Assembly (NCBI GenBank): GCA_021613535.1
Contig: CP075492.1
Location: 9,734,001 to 9,798,000 of the forward strand
Direction: 5' to 3'
Source: Adineta vaga
Taxonomy: Eukaryota > Animalia > Rotifera
Length of the DNA: 64,000 nucleotides
Shown: piece after piece, positions 1 through 16,865 of the stretch
Position numbering within the stretch: the first letter of the stretch is position 1
Layout of the letters: every line of letters starts with the position of its first letter
Notes under the pieces: model-generated
The model's database searches: none
Told to the model about the DNA's origin: nothing
Seen by the model: only the letters and a program-made list of their open reading frames with translations
Program-made: the position numbers and the translations under genes

Positions 1-3
1 TAG

Positions 4-1252
4 ACCGGTTTCTCCATATGCACTTTTCTTTCGTGATACACAGAATGATATCAAAAAGAAATTGGCTAATCCATCTTTTGGGTAAATATACAGATTAGTT
101 TTGTGAATATTAAAAAATCTATATTTCTAGAGAAATTTCAAAAGTTGTCGCTCATATGTGGGAAAATATTGAACCTGAAACAAAAGAAGTAAGAAATTGT
201 CTAGAAAATATGGATCTTCAGTATGATTTGTTTTTCAATTAGCAATACAAACGTAAAGCAGCTGCAGCTAAGAAAGAATATCTAAAACAATTGGCTGCAT
301 ATCGAGCTGTACAAGTTTCACACCAAGTATGATTATTGTGTTTTGATTAGAATCTTTTGTCTGTCTATACTCATTTTAGACTCCAAATATGCATCATATT
401 CTTGGACAAAATACTTTACTATTTGATCCAAATTCAATGCAAATTCAATCATCACTTCAACATCAACAAAAACAATATAATACTGCTGGAGTTGGTGGTC
501 CAATGATGAGTGATAATAATAATTTCTTATCATCACCACATCATCATCATCACCACCTTGGATCTTACAATCATCATCATCATCATCACCATCATTCTCT
601 TCAACAATACTGTCCTCCTCCTCCTCCTCCTCCACCTCCGGCTCCTCCTACAATTCAGCAACAATTTAATAATTATCATTATATGAACACTTACTCTCAA
701 GAAACATCAAATGTTTATAATTCCGATTCACAAATACATTTTTCTAATCATCAACATCATTTTGATCCTCAACAAACCTATTCGTCTTATGATTCAAATA
801 ATAATTATGGCGATCAACAACAATATGGTCTACTTCGACCAGCTATTGAATCTGAACTTTATTCATCATATTACACTCAATCATCAAATGATGTTGAACA
901 TTCAACTATTGATCAATCATCCATGTCATCAATAGCAAATGAAAATTTATTACATAATTTGAATAATAATAATAACAATAATAATGCAACTACGAGTAGT
1001 AGTAATATTACTAATACTAATACACCACATTATACTGATTTAACTGCTATGCCATCATCAACACCGACAAATAATGGAATTGTTGAAAAACATTATGATT
1101 TTGTTAGTAGTATTCAACATGGTACAACAACAACAGCAACATTGAATGAAATTGATCATCATCATAAAGATGAAGATCAATCAACATTACCTCTTAGTAA
1201 TGAACATAACTTTCATTGGAATCAAACAACATGTCTAGCCACGCAGTGGTAA
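4..1252 (+). CDS. TOX: TOX-family HMG-box transcription factor, 3' part (begins before the window; 4 exons here)
   Basis: Splicing three GT-AG introns gives [67 protein letters not shown], a TOX-type HMG box. It continues into the His/Pro/Gln/Asn-rich ORF 389..1252. Confidence 0.88.
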
Positions 1253-1634
1253 TTCGTACACTTTTCTTTCTTCTCCTCTCTTTTTTTTTCGTCTCTTCTC
1301 TTTTTTTGTTGATTCAAACCAAAGCAAAAGAATTTAATAAATTATGCACTTTAGACGTCAAAAGAATACGACATTTCTCATCTGTTTATTTCTAATCATA
1401 TGATAGAATATCATCTTAGACTGAGAATTGATAATATTCATGAAAAATGAGTATATGCACGATTAAATCCGTCAATGTTAATGATCAAATTGTATAGTGA
1501 AATTTCACATTCATCGTTCAATAAAATGATAATTATCAAAATAGATCAGATTTATCAAGTTTTTAAACTATTCATGTATAGATATGATGTCTATAAAAAC
1601 AATGTCGATTCTTCTATTGTTTATTATACTATGA

Positions 1635-3041
<1,407 letters not shown>

Positions 3042-3056
3042 TATTTTTCTATTTTA

Positions 3057-6000
3057 TTAACTGAAAAAATATGTCGAATCAAGAACACTATCTAACTTGA
3101 AAGTACCACGGTGCGGTACACGTCGAAGTGTATCATTTAGTAGTTTCATTGTTTTTTTCTGATTTTCATCACCACGAGAATATTCACTACAAGAAATAAA
3201 TTACTTTTGTTTTATTTTTCGATTTTAATTTTAATTTTTACCTGGATTTAAATTCATATTTCGAAAGAAAATCTCGGGAAAGTATTTCAAGTAATGGTTC
3301 GTTATGTAAGGAAACAAATTGTTCACGACAATATCGACTGAGACGATCAACATCACATGATGAGTCCAAAACGAATCATGAACAGAAACAAATGTAATAC
3401 CATTTCGTGCACATTGTAATGCTGTCATCATCATATGTGTTGAATCAAGAGAATGAACATAATTCGGTGGAAAAGCATTCTTTTGTTTGATATGATTTGG
3501 ACGACTAGAAGAATGAGAAAGATATATTTTCATCTCTATCGAACATTATACAATTCAATTTGAAATACGTACGCAAAACTGCTGAAATTATCATAGATAT
3601 CTTTGCCTTTTTGCTAAAGTAAAACAAAGATTAGAAATAAAAAATGAATGACATATGACAAGAAAGCACATACTCGTATTCTCATTTCTCTATAGTATGG
3701 CTGAACAACTGGTAGGTTTAATGGAGTATTCCATTCCACTGCTGAACCACGTATACGTGAAATTAATCCTGCACACTCATTAAACCAATCCTAAGAAAAA
3801 ACACAATACGTCGTTCTTTTTTATCAAAATATTGAATCTGTAAAATCTATTCACCTGAATTTTTCTTGTTTCTCGAAATAATTCTCGTAAACTATATAAT
3901 GTCTTTTGTGCTAAATAACTACTTGCTTCAGAAACAGATTCTTTAGGAAAGCCGTCAATATCTCGTAATTGTCGACCGATTTGTTGTCGAGCACCATATA
4001 ACGTAACACCATAATTTGTTGTCATAATTGTTTGTTTAATTACTTTACGTTTAACAAAACCTTCAAGAATTTTTGCTATTTGAACATTATTTTCTGCATC
4101 TTGTTGACGTTCTTTTTCAACTTGATCAACGACAACACTATAAACATCTTGTGGTAAAGCACTTGGTTTCAAATTAACCGATGCTGCACCCGCATCATCA
4201 AGACCCATTGCTGCATAATGTTGTAAAACATTACATGATCCATCCTAAATTCATCACAAAAGATAATAAATCAACAAAATTCATTTCTTTTCTTTTCCCA
4301 AATCATACTTGATGAACAGGAAAATGCGAAATATATTTTGTATGATCTGGTGATCGTATTGCACGTGCGATTTCCATACAACAAGCTAGTGTTTGCCATG
4401 GTTCTTCAGATTTAGACCACCATTGACGACCCTAAATGGAATATGAATTCAATTTCAAAGAAACTTTCTTTTTACATACAGTCAATGGTTGATCAGCTGA
4501 ATCGAGAATTTCATCCAAAATCTCATCAGCATATGCAGCACGTTCATCAATTGATGCTTTTTTCTTTAGATCAGTTAAATTAACTAGATGAATCTTCAAT
4601 CGACGAAGTCCATCCGGACCTAATGGTTTGCCTTCAGCAAAGAGAATAATACTACGTGCAATATCACTGCCTAAATGATTGAAATGTGGAGGTACAGGAT
4701 AGACTCGACCACGAAAATCCATATTATGTGGAAACCAAAAGATTTCATTTCGAAACTAAAATACAATGCATCATTCATTGATTTTATCATTGAAATTTAT
4801 TACATACACGATTAGCAATCGATAATCGATAAAGTTCATAGCACCATAAAGAAAATAATTCTGACTTGTGTTTTTTCATTTGACTTATAGCAATTTCGCG
4901 TCGTTTACGTTCATCAATTGATAAACCCTTACATTTAGAAATATAAAATAAAGTTATCGAAATTTTATACAACATACTTTCTCTAATGGAAGTTGTTCAG
5001 CAAACTGAGTATTTTCAATCGATACAGGAACAGAGAGTTGACGGTTACCACCACGTTGGAAAATATCCATTAATAAATCAAGTACACCGGTATTAATTTT
5101 CCACGGACAACTATTTAGAACATTGATTGAATCAAGTAGACCACCGATTTTTTCAATTGGTAAAGATCGAAGACGAGCATCTTGTTGACCAGCAGATATA
5201 GGTAATCGAACAAAATCCGTTTGATTTAATAGATAACCACCTGTTGTTGAAGATAACCAAGGAAGTGGTGGAACAAAACTCGGTAATTCCGTACAATCGA
5301 ATTCCAGTTCAGTTTGAGGAATATGTGAAAAGAAATGAATGACTGTTGGATGAATCTAGAAACAAAATCTATCAATGTGTTGACGAACAAAAGTTTCAAT
5401 GAACATACTTTGATCTGTTTTTCAGTGAAACTACCCGGAGTACGATAGACAACATACAAAACTGAATTAGCATTTCTAAAGAGAGAAAAAACGTTCATGT
5501 CTAATAGAACATAGTAAACTTGATGAAACAAATTAAGCACGACATCCAAAATTTAATTTATCATCAAATTCTCTTACAGAAATATAGAATAATTTAGGAT
5601 TTCCTCTTTTCATAGTCTTTATATATATATATTACTTTTTATTTTCTTTCGGTCGTTGCGTAGTAAGTAATGGTACATTAAGTTTCATATGTTTTAACAT
5701 AACATCATAAAGAAATTCTCCAACTTGTATTACTTGAACATATGCCCATGGTCGATCACCTCGATCCTAAACAATTCTTACTATAATTATTTCATAAATA
5801 TTCATTCATACCATATATGCAAAATTCTTTTTTACAATTTCATTCCATTTTTGTCTTTCATTGACACGAAATCGCTCATCTGTTACCACATATTTCGCAT
5901 ATTCATCATAACACAAACGTAATTTATCGATAAATCCATTCTTTTGTCTAATGGTACATAGATACTTTTGATATAAACGTCTTCCAAGTCCAATACAAAG

Positions 6001-7685
6001 AGTTGTAAATGGTGATGAATAAAAATCTGATGAATAAAAATGTTGATTTAATTCCTAAAAGAACTAAATAAGAGAAATAAATAAGAATAGAAAGAAGTGT
6101 TTACTTTTAACATAAGATCAACATATTCTTTGACATCAAAGATTTCAAGAAATGGAATAATATTTAATTCTAAACCTTTCTGTGTAGTTCGTTTCAATAC
6201 TTCCAATTCAGTAAGAAATCCAACTGTTAATTGACGTTCAAGATTAGCTAAAAAATCTTTACGTCTTGTTACCTATACAAAATGAAAAGAATACTTTTAT
6301 TTGCAATTGAGAAACAGAAAGAACGAACGAACCAATTTTTCGTCGACGGGTGTTTTTGCATTGATATTTTGAATTTCTGCCTTCTGAGCGATTTCCATGT
6401 TTATCTGATCATTTAATTTCTTGGTAAAATCGATATTTTCCCACCAAGGATCTATCTTTATCGATAAATCTTCATTCTAAATAACGACAAAGAATACACA
6501 TGATTATATATTCAAATTTATGATTCATAACTTACGATTTTTGGAGGTTGTTGTTGATAGATATCATTCAATAATTTACTATTAACGTGTGATGAACGTA
6601 ATGGAATATCAAAATCGGGTCGAAATGTTTTTAAGACTTTTAAAATTCGTTGCATATGTTCATGATTGAGACAATCAAGATTGAATATATCAACAACTCG
6701 AAAGCCCTAGATAGACGAAAAGAAATGTAACATAAGTATTCTCTGATATTTTCGTTCCTACTTGTTTTTCTAAATCGAGTATTATTCGTCGAGCCATACT
6801 TGAATCGAATAAATCCATATTACCAAGACAACTTAAAACAGCAGCATAAGATTCTAAAGTTGGTTTGACTTGATATTTACGCATTTTTTCAAATAATTTT
6901 TGTAACGCTGGAAGATTACTCTGACAATCAAAAAGGATTTAAATGGATGAAAAACAATGTGAAGGAAAAAAAACGAACTTTTTCGGCATAAGCAAGAAAA
7001 ATGTATTATACACATGAATATTTGATACATAACGCCATGTTAAACGTTTCATTGATTGTCTTCGTTCTTGATCATTTAATAATTCATCAAGAAATCGACG
7101 AACTTTACTTAGCTAAATTGAAATGTAAGACTGATCGATGAAATAAAATAAATAATAGATTGAACATACTTTTCCATTATGTATAGAAACATCGACATAA
7201 GATTGTAACATTCGATTAAATACATTATGCTTGTGCATAAAAGATAATTGTTCATCGGTATATTTATGCATTCGACGAACTTTCGTTGAATGTAGACTCG
7301 TTAATAGATCAGTTAATGTTTTATCATCATCATTAAATGTCAATTCTTCAACGGAAGGTAGAAGTAATGTCTCATTTGATTGAAAATCTTCAAGTTCTTC
7401 TTCAGCAGCTATAGTTTCATCGTATAGAGTTGGAGTTATTATTGATGATGGCTGATCAGCAAGCGACGAAGTAAGATGAAGTTGTTGACTGATTTCTGTG
7501 ACACGATCTGATAGAATTGGGATAGATTGAGGTTTAGCTGAAATAATCATAAGTTTAAGAAGAATAAATGTAACAGAATTTTCAGTTCGATTAGAAAGAT
7601 ATGACTACATACTTTGTTTTTCTTTCTTCTTTTTTTCTTTATATTTGCTAGGCGTAGGTCGTGCCAATTCGAGTGGCTGTAAAAA

Positions 7686-7717
<32 letters not shown>

Positions 7718-8171
7718 GATCATTCATATTAAGATACCTGTTCGTCTTTGGATATGTTTGATTCAATATTAACATTTTTTTGAGTTTTACGATAATTACT
7801 CGTTCTTAATCGAGCGGATCGGTCTAATGATGACGAAGGTGATCTCGATGGACGCGTCGATCGTAATTGGGACGAACGATGGCCCAACACTATACTCAAA
7901 TATTTTATTCTGAATCAAAGAATTAACTGCAAACCTTCAAGAAGTTCATAATGTGGTGAAGCTATTATACATCGATGATGATTATCCTCATCAATATCAT
8001 GTTGAATCGGTAATGTTTCTGCAGATAATGGACGATATGATACTAAATAAAAAAGATAGATACATAGAATTTGTTCTATTGTTAATGTGATTCTTTTATA
8101 CCAGCTAATTGACGTGTGTTTTTAATCAATGAATTGAGAAGAAATGGACGAGAATAGAGAATTCTTAACAT
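3057..8171 (-). CDS. POLRMT: Mitochondrial T7-like DNA-directed RNA polymerase, multi-exon, with an apparent 1-nt frameshift near 3360
   Basis: Transit-peptide-like start [15 protein letters not shown]. Motifs [55 protein letters not shown], and the C-terminal STYFFS* typical of phage-type RNA polymerases. Confidence 0.96.
7689..7714. repeat. (TA)n microsatellite in a POLRMT intron
   Basis: Run of atatat... visible directly. Confidence 0.85.
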
Positions 8172-8759
8172 GAACTAACAATTTTCCAAAATATTATACA
8201 GACAATATGAATTTTTAGAGTATAAAGGAGTTAAGTCATCGAACCTCAATTCGAATACATTGATTGGTTCTCTTCGATGATTGTAGGATCCAATAAAACT
8301 TCGTCCGTACTTTATCCTCTTTCTTCCAAGAGAGAAAAGATACTGAACACTGTGCTGTGTGTATGTAATGTAGATACAGAAATAGAACGGTCTCTGTTAG
8401 CTATTTTAAAATGATATTGATTCTTGAATGAAACAAAATGTCATTATTCAAGTTTAAAGTCGTACGATAGAAGATAATGTTATCTTCTCGTGTCTATCGA
8501 TCATTTCATTACTGTTTCTAATTTGTGTTATTATTTATTTGCACAATGTTATAATACTCGTAAATATACATAGCAACAAGAATAAGATTGATGAGAAATA
8601 CTTGTATGACTTCAGAGTACAATAGAAATAAATGAGATTCTGATGGTGCACATCAATATAAAAACGAAATGAACGCAATGTTAAACTTTTCTCATCGTAT
8701 TACTGTCCAATGTGAAAATTCTCATTTATTGAGACATACAATAGACCGATATCCAACTC

Positions 8760-10861
<2,102 letters not shown>

Positions 10862-11264
10862 TGTAAAGTATCTGATACTTGAATGCTATCGTATGTAGTA
10901 GTAGTCGATTGAATATTTTCAGTCCTTTTTCTTGTTGCTTAGTTTGAACCTTTATTAAGATCTGTTGAGTTAGCAACGTAGGAATGAAATTAAAACAAAT
11001 TCTTTTCTTATTTTCTAAAGAATTTTGATAAGAAAATTGAAGTTCTTTTGTTAAAACTTTTTTAAACTTATGAATTCTTTGAGAAAAATTCGACGCTTTC
11101 AACCGACATCTGTAGTGTGTTTATAATTGGTCGAATGAATCACAGGACTCGACTTTGCTTTATAAGATAAAAAAATGCGATTCTGTATTTTGTTAAAGTA
11201 TACCTTTTGCACGTGTTAGGATGATAATTTGTTTGTTTTTAGATTTATTATCTATTATTTAATA
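10862..11264. promoter_or_regulatory. Candidate bidirectional promoter between ANKRD42-like and atlastin
   Basis: Head-to-head start codons about 400 bp apart; no core element identified. Confidence 0.4.
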
Positions 11265-13444
11265 ATGGAGCAGACATCGTCAGCAGGTCCGGTACAAATC
11301 GTATCCATCACAGAAGATCATAAATTCGTACTCGATGAAAAGAAATTAAAACAAATATTATATAATAAACGAGCAATTGGCAAAAAGGTTCGAGTCTTTT
11401 CATAGAAAAATTAGATTATTTGATTAGTTTCACTTGTATCTTAGATTGGACTCGTTTCAATTGCTGGCGATTTTCGTAAAGGAAAATCGTTTATGTTGGA
11501 TTTTTTTCTTCGTTATTTACGTGCGAAGGTAAAACATTATTTCTCAACCTTGTGAAATCGAACATCTGCTTGTCTAATTTCAGGACAATAAGGAATGGAT
11601 CGGTAAAGAAACTGAACCTTTGGGAGGTTTTGATTGGCGTGGTGGAGCAACACGACATACAACAGGAATGATAATGTGGAGTGAACCATTCACTTTAGTA
11701 TTACCAAATGGAGAAGAAGTATAAAATCTACTTTTGACACTTTTATTTTCGAACAAAATCTTTCTTTGTTTTCTCATTTAGATTGCTGTTTTCCTAATGG
11801 ATACTCAAGGAACATTTGATTCCAATTCAACTGTTTTTGAAAATGCATTTATATTTGCATTAACATTACTTGTTAGTAGTGTAACTGTATATAATATAAT
11901 GCATAATTTACAAGAAGACAATTTACAACATTTATCATTTTTTGCTGAATATGGTGTCTTAGCAATTGACGCTTATCATACATCACCCTTCCAAGTTTGT
12001 TATAAGAAGGAAAAGCAAAGAATTTGATATGACATATCGTAAATTTTTCTTAATAGCAATTAACATTTCTTGTACGTGATTGGCAATTTGAATATGAAAC
12101 AGCGTATGGTTTTGAAGGAGGAGAAGAAGTTCTTTCCGATCGATTGAAAGTATGAAGAAAAATTCTAAAAATCTTTCATTCAATTTCGTCATGATTTCTA
12201 TTAGATCCGTGAAAATCAACATCATGATTTAGAATTAGTTCGTTCACGTTTACGTCAATGTTTTCGTAAAGTAAATTGTTTTCTTATGCCACATCCTGGT
12301 CTTAAAGTAACGAATCGAAAAGATTTTGATGGACGATTATCAGGTTCGATAAAAACATTTGATGGTTTTTTGTCAATTTGATTCCATTGTTTAGATATCG
12401 AAGACGATTTCAAAAAACAATTACAAGTCTTAATACCAGAACTATTCCGATTGGATAATCAATATTTTGTAAAAGAAATCAATGGAGAACAGATCACGTC
12501 TACAGATTTATTCGAATATTTTCGAGTATGTTCAATATCATTCATTCATTATATCTATTCACTTTTCTTTTCAGAGTTATTGTGCTGTATTCGCTTCCGG
12601 AGTGTTACCATCACCAAAAGCTATGTTAGAAGTATGCATCTTTTTTTCTGGATGATATCATTTGCCGTGTTCGATATATGAATGATTTTTCGCGATATTT
12701 CTAGGCCACAGCTGAAGCGAATAACTTAGCAGCTAAATCAACGTCTAAAGAATTTTATATTCGTGCAATGGAACAGGTAAATAGTTTAAGGTATTGAAAA
12801 CTATCTATGTTTTTTTCTGTAAAGCATTGTGGTGGTGATCGACCATATATTCATCCAAATCAATTAGATGTTCTTCATCAAGAGGTTCGTCGACAATCGA
12901 TCGAGAAATTTCGTTGTGCACGTAAGATGGGTGGTGAACAAATGTCTCAAAGTTTTCTTCTAGAACTTGAAAATGAATTAGCTGAACTCTATGGTAATTG
13001 ATAAAACATCCATCGATTTGAGTTTATCAAACATTTCTTTCTTTTAGCAAATTATAAAAAACATAATGATTCCAAAAATGTCTTTGCATTCAGTCGTACA
13101 CCAACAACTTTCATATCTACAATGGTTATATGTTATTTAGTTGCTGGTTTACTCGATACTTTCTGGCTTGGAGGAGTAAATTTTATATTTATGTTTGCAT
13201 TTTGGGTTTGTTTCGCTCTATTATTTGTTTGGTTGTACACAAAATATTCGGGAGAATATGCTGAAATGGGTGAATATATTGATCATTTTGCCGATGTGAT
13301 TTGGAACAATGTAAGTTATAGGAAAAGTTCGAAAACATTTTTAAAAAATTTGATAATTTGTATTTTCAGGGATTTCAACCAGTCTATTCGAAATGTTTAC
13401 AATCTGCTATGCGTTCTGTGCTTGGACATGCGAAAGCCGATTAG
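11265..13444 (+). CDS. ATL: Atlastin (ER-fusion dynamin-like GTPase), multi-exon
   Basis: P-loop [49 protein letters not shown], then two hydrophobic segments followed by KYSGEY. Confidence 0.96.
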
Positions 13445-16400
13445 AATTTTCTTTCTTTTCTTCATTTCAATGTTGCGTTAATAATTGACCCTGTCTTATT
13501 TCTTTTTCTTTTTGACATTAACATTTCTTGGTTTGTTTATTTTCTTCCGTTTATTCTTGCGCGATTTTCATTTTCATTTTCTCTCGTTCAAAACTAGTCG
13601 AGGACTAGGATGACAGAAGTAAGAACTGTTCATTTACACTTTCTATGCTGACTGAACAGTCGAGCACAAGATCTCTCTTCGCTTTCGCAGACAAGTGATT
13701 TATTCCCATAGTTTTTTTTCTTCTTTTGTGTGTGTGTGTGCGTGCGTGTTTTATTTCTTCCTTTTTTTTATACATATGATGAATATATATGATGACGAAA
13801 TGGTTCATTCGATTTGATTTACAAGAAGTATTATTTGCTTGAATGAAGATCAATGGCAACTTGATATTGTTGAAATTTTCGAAAATTTGTATAATAATCA
13901 ACTCATTTATAACCATGAATGACCGTTACTAATAGTCATTCACAGTTATGAGGTTGTTCGATAAATTGATTGTGAACGTTAGTCATGGTGAAGATGTCTA
14001 GTTCTCATGATGACATAAGTTTTTATTTTATAATAGAAAACAAAGCAATGACATTTAAAATATTGAGAATATGTTGATTGAATATAACATTTATAATCAA
14101 TAGTTTTATTAATTGATCTGATATTTAATAATAATAATAATAAGAAGAAGAAGAAGAATAACGTATAAATGAAAACATTTTCTGATAAATCTGTTAGTAA
14201 TTTTAACATAAATTTAATGGTTTGATTATGTAAATAATCATGAGCTAAACTTATCTCTTCTTCGAACCATTAGAATTGATTGATAAGAAACAACAATTGA
14301 TTCCATCATTGTCGATTATATTATAATCGTTTCCATTATCATTACCTTCATTCGAAGGTAAAGATCATTTCGAGGTAAGAATGATATGATTAGATCATTT
14401 TATGAATAGCAATGAAACGATAAACAAGTATACCGATATGTTCCTAGTCGGTTCAATCGAGTCTTTTCAGAAATACATTTTTTTAATTTTTACTTTAAAA
14501 AGAAATTTTCCGCATAAATGATATTAATAGAAAAGTCGTATTTAAAACATATTAATCTACAATCAAAAATAACGCTTCTATAATTTACAATTTCTAATTA
14601 AAAGTAGCAGAATCTACATTCCATGAAGGCATCTTTTCTTTTATGAATAGAAAGAAGGTCTAAGCGAACATATTTTAAAACAAGAATAGCTTTTCTTCCT
14701 ATAATCTTTTCCTATAGAGAAAAAAAGTGAAACATTTTTCGAATTTGTACAGCAAGACGATAACATATTTTCGTATCTCGAACTGAATAGATAAGTGTAT
14801 CTGTTTTTCTTCTGTTTCATTTATTCAAAAAGAATATATATAATAACAAACGTACGATAGAATAAAACAATTCGAATATGTCATCTGGTTATAATCATAT
14901 CCAGGTAAAATCTATAAATAATTCATTTTTTCTTTAATTAAACGAAATCATTAGTCGAATATGTTTCGTCCATATTTTTGAGAAATTTATTATTTATTAT
15001 TTGTGATCGAGATGTTTTTTTCTTGAAAACAAAGAAGATAGACAATATGTTTTATTCAACATATAATAATAGTAGTTAGTTTATTTCTCGTATTTATATA
15101 TATATTTATTTATTGGAGCAGAAAATTACTCTTTTCTTAAAAAGAATCGGTTTTCTTCTCTCTCGCTTTTGCTTGAAAATATCAATGTGATAGGTTTATA
15201 CATTCCAAATGAGTTCATTAGGATATATATCGAAAGGATTTACCGCACCTAGATAATTAACTATTTTATCACTTAAGGTTAAAAAACAAATCTGCTTTCT
15301 ATACATCGTATAGAAATGACTATTTAAATAAAATATATCCCTTTATGATGTACTTCACTTAATCAACATGTTTATATACAAATATTAGAACACGTGGAAT
15401 CATTTAGATTCATGACTTGAGAGACTAACATCGTACTCTTCTTGTGTTCTTTGTTTACTAGACTTGTGAATATTCTTTGTTATTTTCCTGTCACTCGCTG
15501 GAGTGTTTAGCGTTGAATTGCGAATGCAAGAAGAAAAAGAAGAAGGAGAAGAAAAAAAAGACACCGAGAAAGAAAGAATCGACCAGGCTAACGATGAGAC
15601 AAACTTAACGTAGGAAAACGAGTACTAGAATCATTGTTGACAAGAAGTAAGTTTTTGTTTTCCTCTTATGTTCATTAAAATATAAAATGTTTTTCTATAA
15701 ATAAAAATGACAATGATATCTTGCTCGTTAGTAATATTCAATTCAAATATTATCTTCCAGGTTTGTCGTGATAATAAACGAGTAATCTGAATCTTTCTCT
15801 CTCTTTCTCTGTACCTGGATATGAGTAAAGACATAGATATTTGTTCATTCATCAAAAGCATTTCATCTGATAAGATCTAAATAAAGTATCTTTAGTGAGA
15901 ACAGCAGTGTATATATTTATTCATATATATATATATATAGCGTCCATATTTTTGTTTTCGAATAGGAAATTCAAATTATTATATGTAACATATGGTTGAA
16001 TGTTTTTATTCTTTTGGCTTTTGTAAAAACGAGGTTATCCATTTACTTTTCTTTAGCGACATCTAGATTTTAGAAGTAAATCGAAAATATCTTTCTTAAA
16101 TTATGATTTTCATTAATAAGAATAGTTTCTAATGAGTTAATTTAAAGAAATTTTTTGTATTTAAAGAAGCGACATCTATAATAAGTGTACAGTTGTATAC
16201 ATGTCTTCAATATTGAAAAGTAACAGACAGTCAGAAAAAACTGATGTGATGTTTTTTATTGGAAATTTCGTCATTAATTCGTCATATATACATATATATC
16301 ATGTTTTTCGTAGTCAAAAACATTCGCTCGAAAGATTGACTAATACAACTAATCGATCAAATCTGTCAGATATTTATTTATTGATTTATAATTTCGAAAT

Positions 16401-16865
16401 ATTTGATTTAATTAAAATCTAGGAGGTTTCCTTTATTATTCTTCTAACTTTACTTTATTTATTGTTCAGGCCTTGCAGTTGTTCGGTTTTTTTTTCTCCA
16501 TCATAATCGATAACATATGTTAGGTTAATGTTTACAAGAGGTTTTTGATCTTTTCGCCTTTTCGACACCTATATTTTTGTCTTTCCTTTTTTTTAATGTC
16601 CTCCATCTATATATTCGTCATTTTCTTTTTTTTTCTACCTAACTTGCGTAGGTATTTTTTTTCTCTTATTATTCATTTCTTTTACAGATACGAAGACAAG
16701 TTCGAAAGAAAAAAATGACGGAAACAAATATTTGAAAAACAAAACATTGAATTTTGATCAATATCTTGGATTTTAGATTCTTTCTTTTTTATTTTCTTAT
16801 ATTATCCTGTGTTCTATGCATTGTCGAACAGTGATTTTCTAGTCTTATTATAGCCGTTTATTTTT

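Noticed and set aside
333-935. ORFs 333..635 (-) and 711..935 (+), and likewise 17002..17403, 17090..17308, 52918..53103 and 53188..53370
   Set aside because: Antisense or off-frame shadows of low-complexity coding exons.
3057-8171. T7-like RNA polymerase as a phage or horizontally acquired gene
   Set aside because: It is intron-rich with a transit-peptide-like start and long N-terminal extension, i.e. the standard nuclear POLRMT.
13445-16865. Long non-coding stretch with short ORFs
   Set aside because: The ORFs have AT-driven composition and no motifs; it is consistent with UTRs and the regulatory region of the ZNF541-like gene. No RNA gene was recognised.
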